A DNA stretch of 64,000 nucleotides from an uncultured virus (IMG/VR IMGVR_UViG_3300044638_007755). Lineage: Duplodnaviria; Heunggongvirae; Uroviricota; Caudoviricetes. The first letter of the stretch is position 1, and each line of letters starts with the position of its first letter. Location: IMG/VR virus record IMGVR_UViG_3300044638_007755; one strand, given 5' to 3'. Shown piece after piece: positions 58,892 to 64,000 of this stretch. The notes under the pieces were generated by a model, which worked only from the letters and a program-made list of their open reading frames with translations, had not been told where the DNA came from and did no database searches. A program made the position numbers and the translations under genes.

Positions 58892-59663
58892 AAAAATTAA
58901 TTTTAGTTGTGGGAAGATTAGATATATGGACGGCAACGCTTGAAAAAGAGCTTACCATTCCAAAGATTTTTATACACTTAGATAGTAATATGATATTAAT
59001 AAATCCGCATATTATGCCTCTTTTAGAGTTTCTATTATATGGGCATGAACCTAATATAATCAGGTTTTGTTTATCATATCTATTAGTAAAAAGTTCTTCA
59101 TCTTCTAGGTTTTCGCATGACAAAAGGAATTTTTGATTATTGTTATGGTTTAAAATGTCATCAATAGTCGAGAAAAAAGCCTCCGGAGACACATATTTTC
59201 TCTTATCTCTTGGGTCTATATTTCCAACTTTTATATCTCCACCGCGAACATGTATACCAAAAGTGTTTTCTGGGATATTAATATTATTAATCTCATCAAT
59301 AATACTTGGATGAAGTTTGATGTTGTTGAATGTTTCAGCTAGGTCAGGGCTGTGGGAGCTATGTTCAAGTCTAGCAGTAAATGGGTGTACCCAGTGAATC
59401 TTTTGTTGGAGTTCTGTATTTGTAATCATAGAGTTTCGTATCTCAAGCCTATTATTATATAGCTCGGCCCTGTCTTGAATCATAACCAATCTCTCATCGT
59501 CAAACAGATCATTAAAACCGCAGCCGCTACCAAAATCGTCATGCCAATAATACTTGAGAGGTAAGCCGTAATGCATAGTAAGGTAGTGCGCACTATAGAG
59601 AGTGTGTAGTCTGTTACCAAGGCCGCCTGCTAAGCTTACGATAATATCTGCGTCTTTATACAT
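58884..59663 (-). CDS. Fucosyltransferase-like protein (GT11/GT23/NodZ-type GT-B)
   Basis: GGLGNRL, GIHVRGGD and LLSKC...SSFS. Confidence 0.75.
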   Translation of the reverse strand: MYKDADIIVSLAGGLGNRLHTLYSAHYLTMHYGLPLKYYWHDDFGSGCGFNDLFDDERLVMIQDRAELYNNRLEIRNSMITNTELQQKIHWVHPFTARLEHSSHSPDLAETFNNIKLHPSIIDEINNINIPENTFGIHVRGGDIKVGNIDPRDKRKYVSPEAFFSTIDDILNHNNNQKFLLSCENLEDEELFTNRYDKQNLIILGSCPYNRNSKRGIICGFINIILLSKCIKIFGMVSSFSSVAVHISNLPTTKINFYA

Positions 59664-60448
59664 TTGTTAATATCCTTTTTAATATTATATTTCATCTGTT
59701 GAAATATTTGTTTAAGCTTTGATTGTTCTCCATGAATTTTATTAAAGTAAAATTCGTAGTTATTTAATATATTTTTTGTTGCATCTACTATGGACCCATA
59801 CGGGCTCCAGATGACATATTCATGATAAGGAACAGCTTCCTTCAACGGACTATCCTCTGCAACAACCACCAATCCATTTAATAATGCTGGAATTACTCTA
59901 ATTTCTTCAAATGTATGATGATATTCTGTTTGATGAACATTCACTAGAATTTTGCCTTGTTTGTATATATCATACAGATTTTGGTCAAAAGTATTTTGAA
60001 TATTTATATAACTAGAAAAACCATTATTTAGATTGTTAAACAATACCTGTCTTCTACCATAAACATGATAAAAACAAGTTAATATATCAATATTTTTTTT
60101 GTCGTTTTTAGGACTATACTCACACAATAGTGGAGGAATATAAATTATTTTATTAAAATATTTACTGTATATTGAGTTTTTTATATTAAGAATATTAGGC
60201 TGACTATATTCGATATAGATATCAGAATTTACAAAACCTTTGAAGTTTTCTATTCTAACTAAGTAATTGTCTTTTTTGTTTGGGAGTGGTATTGTTCCTT
60301 TTTGAAAATCATGATTCTGAGTAAATTCAGGACAAACTAGATTGTGTTCACAATTAATACAGATATTGGGATTAACTGTATAGTTTACGAGATCACTTTG
60401 ATCTAGTTCGTTTTGAATAAAATTAATATAATCTGTTAGATATGGCAT
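59636..60448 (-). CDS. Glycosyltransferase (Glyco_trans_1_2/CgeB-like)
   Basis: KILVNVH...FEEIRVIPALLNGLVVVAE. Confidence 0.65.
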   Translation of the reverse strand: MPYLTDYINFIQNELDQSDLVNYTVNPNICINCEHNLVCPEFTQNHDFQKGTIPLPNKKDNYLVRIENFKGFVNSDIYIEYSQPNILNIKNSIYSKYFNKIIYIPPLLCEYSPKNDKKNIDILTCFYHVYGRRQVLFNNLNNGFSSYINIQNTFDQNLYDIYKQGKILVNVHQTEYHHTFEEIRVIPALLNGLVVVAEDSPLKEAVPYHEYVIWSPYGSIVDATKNILNNYEFYFNKIHGEQSKLKQIFQQMKYNIKKDINKCIKTQILS

Positions 60449-60451
60449 AGT

Positions 60452-61240
60452 TTAAGAGATCCATCCATAATTATTATTTGCTTCGTTAGTAAAGTGTTGA
60501 ATAATATTAGTTGAGGATCCCCTATATAAAGATGCCCAATAACCACAATTACCGGAATGAGTTATCATAATGTTACATCGAGACACAACAATGACCGCTG
60601 CTATAAAATCAATCGCAAAATTTATTCTATTATTCACATCAAGTAAGGCAGTCACAGATGTGGATGGTCGGTTTATTGCTGGTAGTTCTGCGATGTGAAT
60701 AGAATTTTCAAATTCTGCTAAAAAAAGTTGCAAAAAAACCAGATCGTCTGTTTGTACTAAAAACCTAATATTACGATTTAAATTTTTAACAATTTTTGCT
60801 CTTTTAATAAAGTCATCATGGGTCGCTAATTTGCATTCTAATGCTTTATCGTTGCCCCGATAGAATACTGAGCAAAGATTGCTGTATTGTATATTATATT
60901 TATTTTCAAAATACAAAACTTTTTTTGTGACAAAATTACTTGGGAAAAAATATTGATTAATGATTGGACTCAAAATATTAAAATTAAGCTTGGAATAATC
61001 AGTAAACTGATCGGTAAAATCGATATGCTCTGTATACGAGAGCTCTTGTGGAATATCTTGATCTAGAAAAAAATTAGTTATATCATTGTCTTGATTTTGT
61101 TTATATAACATAAATTGCTGGGAGCTATCGACAATTTTAGGGAATATTTTATGCTCATTAGCATAAACAATTATTGCCCTTAATCTTTGACTCATACAAG
61201 AAAATAATCCTGCGTTGTGTGTTACTATTAATTTATTCAT
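60452..61240 (-). CDS. Fucosyltransferase-like protein (GT23/NodZ-type)
   Basis: AGLFS, VFYRGNDK, LVQTDD and SRCN...SGN. Confidence 0.7.
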   Translation of the reverse strand: MNKLIVTHNAGLFSCMSQRLRAIIVYANEHKIFPKIVDSSQQFMLYKQNQDNDITNFFLDQDIPQELSYTEHIDFTDQFTDYSKLNFNILSPIINQYFFPSNFVTKKVLYFENKYNIQYSNLCSVFYRGNDKALECKLATHDDFIKRAKIVKNLNRNIRFLVQTDDLVFLQLFLAEFENSIHIAELPAINRPSTSVTALLDVNNRINFAIDFIAAVIVVSRCNIMITHSGNCGYWASLYRGSSTNIIQHFTNEANNNYGWIS

Positions 61241-61272
61241 ATTTTATGTTGCTATAGAATTAATGTTAGGCG

Positions 61273-62532
61273 TTAGGATTTTTTATGTATAATATAGTAG
61301 TTATAAATATTACTGATTTGTTCTAAACTAATAATCGTATCCTTAGTTGTGCTAAAATTACCAATAATTTTATTTGGTAAATATTGGCGATTAAGAAATT
61401 TAGCGACTAGGATATCTTCAGGGTTTTTAATATTAGCGTTTGTTATATGGTCTATATACATTTTTATACCAACATCATAAGCTAGTACTGCTAAGCCTCC
61501 TTTGATCTGTTCTATCAAAAAGACTTCGCACTGACCCATGAATAATCGACACGTTTCGTTTCCGGTAGCATATAATCCTACTCCTCCATTGATATGAGTT
61601 GATAATGCTGATCCTGCTGCGTTTGGAACTAATCCGTCATAAAGAGCCCCAGATATCCAAAAGCCGTTTGAATGATTAACAAAGTTTTTGAGTTTTTGTA
61701 GCCATGTTTCTCTAAAAAAACAATCTGTTTCCAGAAATAATGTGGTATTATAGTTTTTGCAGACCTCTATGGTTCTATAAAACATTATATTTGGCCCAGA
61801 TTTTCTTCCATATGTTGGGATTTTTTCTAACTTGCGGGCATCTTTCAAATACAAATCTTCTTCTTCAGTTAGATTAAGATTGATAATATTTACATTAGAA
61901 AAGATGGTTTGTATAGTTTTGGTTTCTATACAGCAGTTTATATTGTTAACAATTATGTTGAAGTGTATGTTCTGGGCTTCTTCTTTGGTTGTATTGTCGA
62001 TTAAACGATTAATTAATTCTATATATTGACCATTTTGTATTTCATTATCCGTTACCAATAAAGCAATACATTCTAGATTATTTGTAAAATGTTTCAAAGA
62101 AGACCGTGGTATAATTTTACTAATATTTAGTGTTTTTATTTTATAAGCATATTTTTGTTGTTGATTTATATATCTTCCTTCTATTTTACCAAACTGATAA
62201 TAATGATTAAACAGTCTTTCTCTCAATGATACTTGAGACAAATAAGCACTAAACTCAATAGTTTCAGGATATTCTGCAAGATAAAATTCATGATCAAAAG
62301 CATTATCTATTTCGTCTTCTGAGACCCATACTTTTTTGAGCTGTTCTTTATTAAAGAGTCTATTTTCTTTATATCCACATTTAGTATAATGGTTTAGTAG
62401 TTTCTGATCTAATAAATCCTTACTAATTGAAGCATTAGCAGGAGTAAGGAGATGTTTGGCTATGTCTGGATTATATTTTATATAAATATCAGGATCAAAT
62501 AGTTTAATATCTATTTCAGGTTCATCTTTCAT
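61273..62532 (-). CDS. Protein with two FDxxxY...P...HY...G..E.R repeats and a GT-A-like C-terminal domain
   Basis: FDPDIYIKYNPD...HY..CGYKENR and FDHEFYLAEYPE...HYYQFGKIEGR, followed by GPN, LETD, HING..LY and AYD. Confidence 0.65.
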   Translation of the reverse strand: MKDEPEIDIKLFDPDIYIKYNPDIAKHLLTPANASISKDLLDQKLLNHYTKCGYKENRLFNKEQLKKVWVSEDEIDNAFDHEFYLAEYPETIEFSAYLSQVSLRERLFNHYYQFGKIEGRYINQQQKYAYKIKTLNISKIIPRSSLKHFTNNLECIALLVTDNEIQNGQYIELINRLIDNTTKEEAQNIHFNIIVNNINCCIETKTIQTIFSNVNIINLNLTEEEDLYLKDARKLEKIPTYGRKSGPNIMFYRTIEVCKNYNTTLFLETDCFFRETWLQKLKNFVNHSNGFWISGALYDGLVPNAAGSALSTHINGGVGLYATGNETCRLFMGQCEVFLIEQIKGGLAVLAYDVGIKMYIDHITNANIKNPEDILVAKFLNRQYLPNKIIGNFSTTKDTIISLEQISNIYNYYIIHKKS

Positions 62533-63439
62533 TTATTTTATATTTTCTTATTTGATTTGGTGTTGTGTGTTTCCAGTCTACTACTATTCCAGATTTATCT
62601 TGAGAAAGAATTTTACCATAAACATACATATTATCTCGATAATAACAGTCTCCGTTGTACATTATAACTATATTAAATATTTGATTAGGACTGTCATGTC
62701 CAAAGATATCAATATTTATTTCGGAACACTGGAGAATCTTTTGGTTGTTATAGGATACTAGATATCCGAACATTCTTTCTAGAGTATGACAATATGTTCC
62801 GTCTTTAGAATCAATCACTCTACCGCACTCTGCTTTAAATAGGTCATTCAGTTTTTGTATGGTTGATTCATTAAAATATTGTCTAAACAAACTAGTTCTG
62901 CCAAAAAACATATTACCAGAAGGAAAACTACCAGAGTTGACAATGGAATAGTCTATATTCATCATTTGGCATAATTGATTTATTTTCTTAGTATTTGCCC
63001 TTTCTCTATTTGACAAGATTAGATTTTGACTAGACAACATGCCAATATTTGGCTGATTAAACTTGGTTATATTGGATACGAAATTTTCTCTATTTCCAAT
63101 CAAACTATTAAGCAGAATGGCTCTCCAGTTCATGCCTGGGACTATCTCGCTCTTTTTCCCGTGTATTTTTAAAAATACGTCATCAGAGTTCTCTGTGTTT
63201 AAAAAACTCATCTGATGAAGAAAAGGGAGAACATCAACTCCCTTGTTCGGGTGCAAAGTAATTGACCCAGTAAAATGACTATAGAAGTCTTGAGAGATAT
63301 GATCTATATTATTCTCTACACATAATCCAAGACGCAAATCAATCAGATCACCGATTGGCCTTAATAGCTCTAGAAATTCTGGCCAAAGATCATTATGATA
63401 TAGCCATAATAATACCGGAATTTTTTGATGAGATTTCAT
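62522..63439 (-). CDS. Rhamnan synthesis protein F (RgpF)-like glycosyltransferase
   Basis: LYHNDLW, NKGVDVLPFL, LKIHGKKS, WR, FPSGNMF and HTLERMFG. Confidence 0.85.
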   Translation of the reverse strand: MKSHQKIPVLLWLYHNDLWPEFLELLRPIGDLIDLRLGLCVENNIDHISQDFYSHFTGSITLHPNKGVDVLPFLHQMSFLNTENSDDVFLKIHGKKSEIVPGMNWRAILLNSLIGNRENFVSNITKFNQPNIGMLSSQNLILSNRERANTKKINQLCQMMNIDYSIVNSGSFPSGNMFFGRTSLFRQYFNESTIQKLNDLFKAECGRVIDSKDGTYCHTLERMFGYLVSYNNQKILQCSEINIDIFGHDSPNQIFNIVIMYNGDCYYRDNMYVYGKILSQDKSGIVVDWKHTTPNQIRKYKINER

Positions 63440-63454
63440 TGCATAATCAAGTAT

Positions 63455-63703
63455 CTATACTTTGATAGCTTTATTGTAAAGTATCAAACTAATTACAGAT
63501 CCTACAACACCCATAAATAAACCAGCTGGAGAAACTGCTTGGTATGTTCCGAGCATATATAGGATTGCTCCTCCCATATAGGAACCAGCAACACCTAGAG
63601 CTATGGTTTGAAAAAAACCTAGATGTTCTTCTCCCGGAACTAAACTCTTAGCAATGCTACCAACAAAAATTCCATACACAGACCACATTAATAAATTAAA
63701 CAT
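63455..63703 (-). CDS. GlsB/YeaQ/YmgE (transglycosylase-associated) membrane protein
   Basis: Three hydrophobic Gly-rich helices: GIFVGSIAK..VPG...TIALGVAGSYMGG...GVVGS. Confidence 0.85.
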   Translation of the reverse strand: MFNLLMWSVYGIFVGSIAKSLVPGEEHLGFFQTIALGVAGSYMGGAILYMLGTYQAVSPAGLFMGVVGSVISLILYNKAIKV

Positions 63704-64000
63704 TAGCCGCCTCCATTAGAGTAAATGTTTCCTCTTCCGTGAGAGTTTCTCCTGTATCAAGAATAGCTTCTAATAAAGCTTTATTATAAAGTCTATAATT
63801 TTCTGAAGTTAATTCTTTTCTAATCAATTTTTTAATTCTCATTTTAGTAAACCAGCCCCTGGTATTAGTAAGAGCTTTAATTTCTTTAGAATATTGAGCT
63901 TGATCCATAGGGAGTACTTTATTTTTATCGCATTCTTGTAGAATCCTTACGCACGTTAAGATGATACTAATTACCATTAAAACCGTAACAATTGCAAATC
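63696..64000 (-). CDS. Hypothetical protein with hydrophobic segment, probably 5'-truncated by the window edge
   Basis: The frame stays open upstream of the listed ATG to the window end (FAIVTVLMVISIILTCVRILQEC). Confidence 0.65.
   Translation of the reverse strand, partial: FAIVTVLMVISIILTCVRILQECDKNKVLPMDQAQYSKEIKALTNTRGWFTKMRIKKLIRKELTSENYRLYNKALLEAILDTGETLTEEETFTLMEAANV

Noticed and set aside
40823..63439. Ordinary bacterial O-antigen/capsule locus, or a eukaryotic giant-virus origin
   Set aside because: No wzx/wzy/wza or sugar-nucleotide genes are present, and the island is ATGA-coupled to the phage-type dCMP deaminase. Shine-Dalgarno sites, overlapping genes, a sigma70 promoter and DnaE/DnaB/DnaG point to a bacterial virus.
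1..64000. Stop-codon reassignment, tRNA or rRNA genes
   Set aside because: The standard code gives near-complete coding density with TAA, TGA and TAG all used as stops. The few gaps are short and showed no cloverleaf by eye. tRNAscan or Infernal would be needed to be certain.

Overview
This looks like a 64-kb internal segment of a large, AT-rich, tightly packed dsDNA bacteriophage genome in the standard genetic code. The phage call is an inference from gene content and organisation; no capsid, portal or terminase gene lies in the window. It has four blocks. (1) 1-14604 (+): three large, probably virion/tail proteins (partial, 1991 aa, 2542 aa) and a Cys-rich protein. (2) 14606-22976 (-): a Rad52-like annealing protein, a Vsr-like homing-type endonuclease and an 8-gene glycosyl/nucleotidyl-transferase cassette in which only one member looks catalytically canonical. 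(3) 23041-40826 (-): a replication, recombination and nucleotide module with ssb, a DNA polymerase III alpha (DnaE) split into two intein-less genes around a DEDDh exonuclease and a small Cys-Cys protein, a Cas4-like nuclease that apparently starts at ATT, dNMP kinase, primase, DnaB, RecA, HNH, PhoH, B12-dependent class II RNR and dCMP deaminase. (4) 40823-63439 (-): a ~22.6-kb island of about 27 genes, mostly glycan-building or glycan-decorating enzymes (GT2/7/8/32/34/47/64-like, fucosyltransferase-like, RgpF, methyl- and sulfotransferase-like), with signs of gene turnover. The best candidates for an undescribed system are the four-gene split-DnaE unit and the phage glycan-assembly island. 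All product calls come from motif recognition by eye, not from database searches. I recognised no tRNA, rRNA, CRISPR array, intein or reverse transcriptase.
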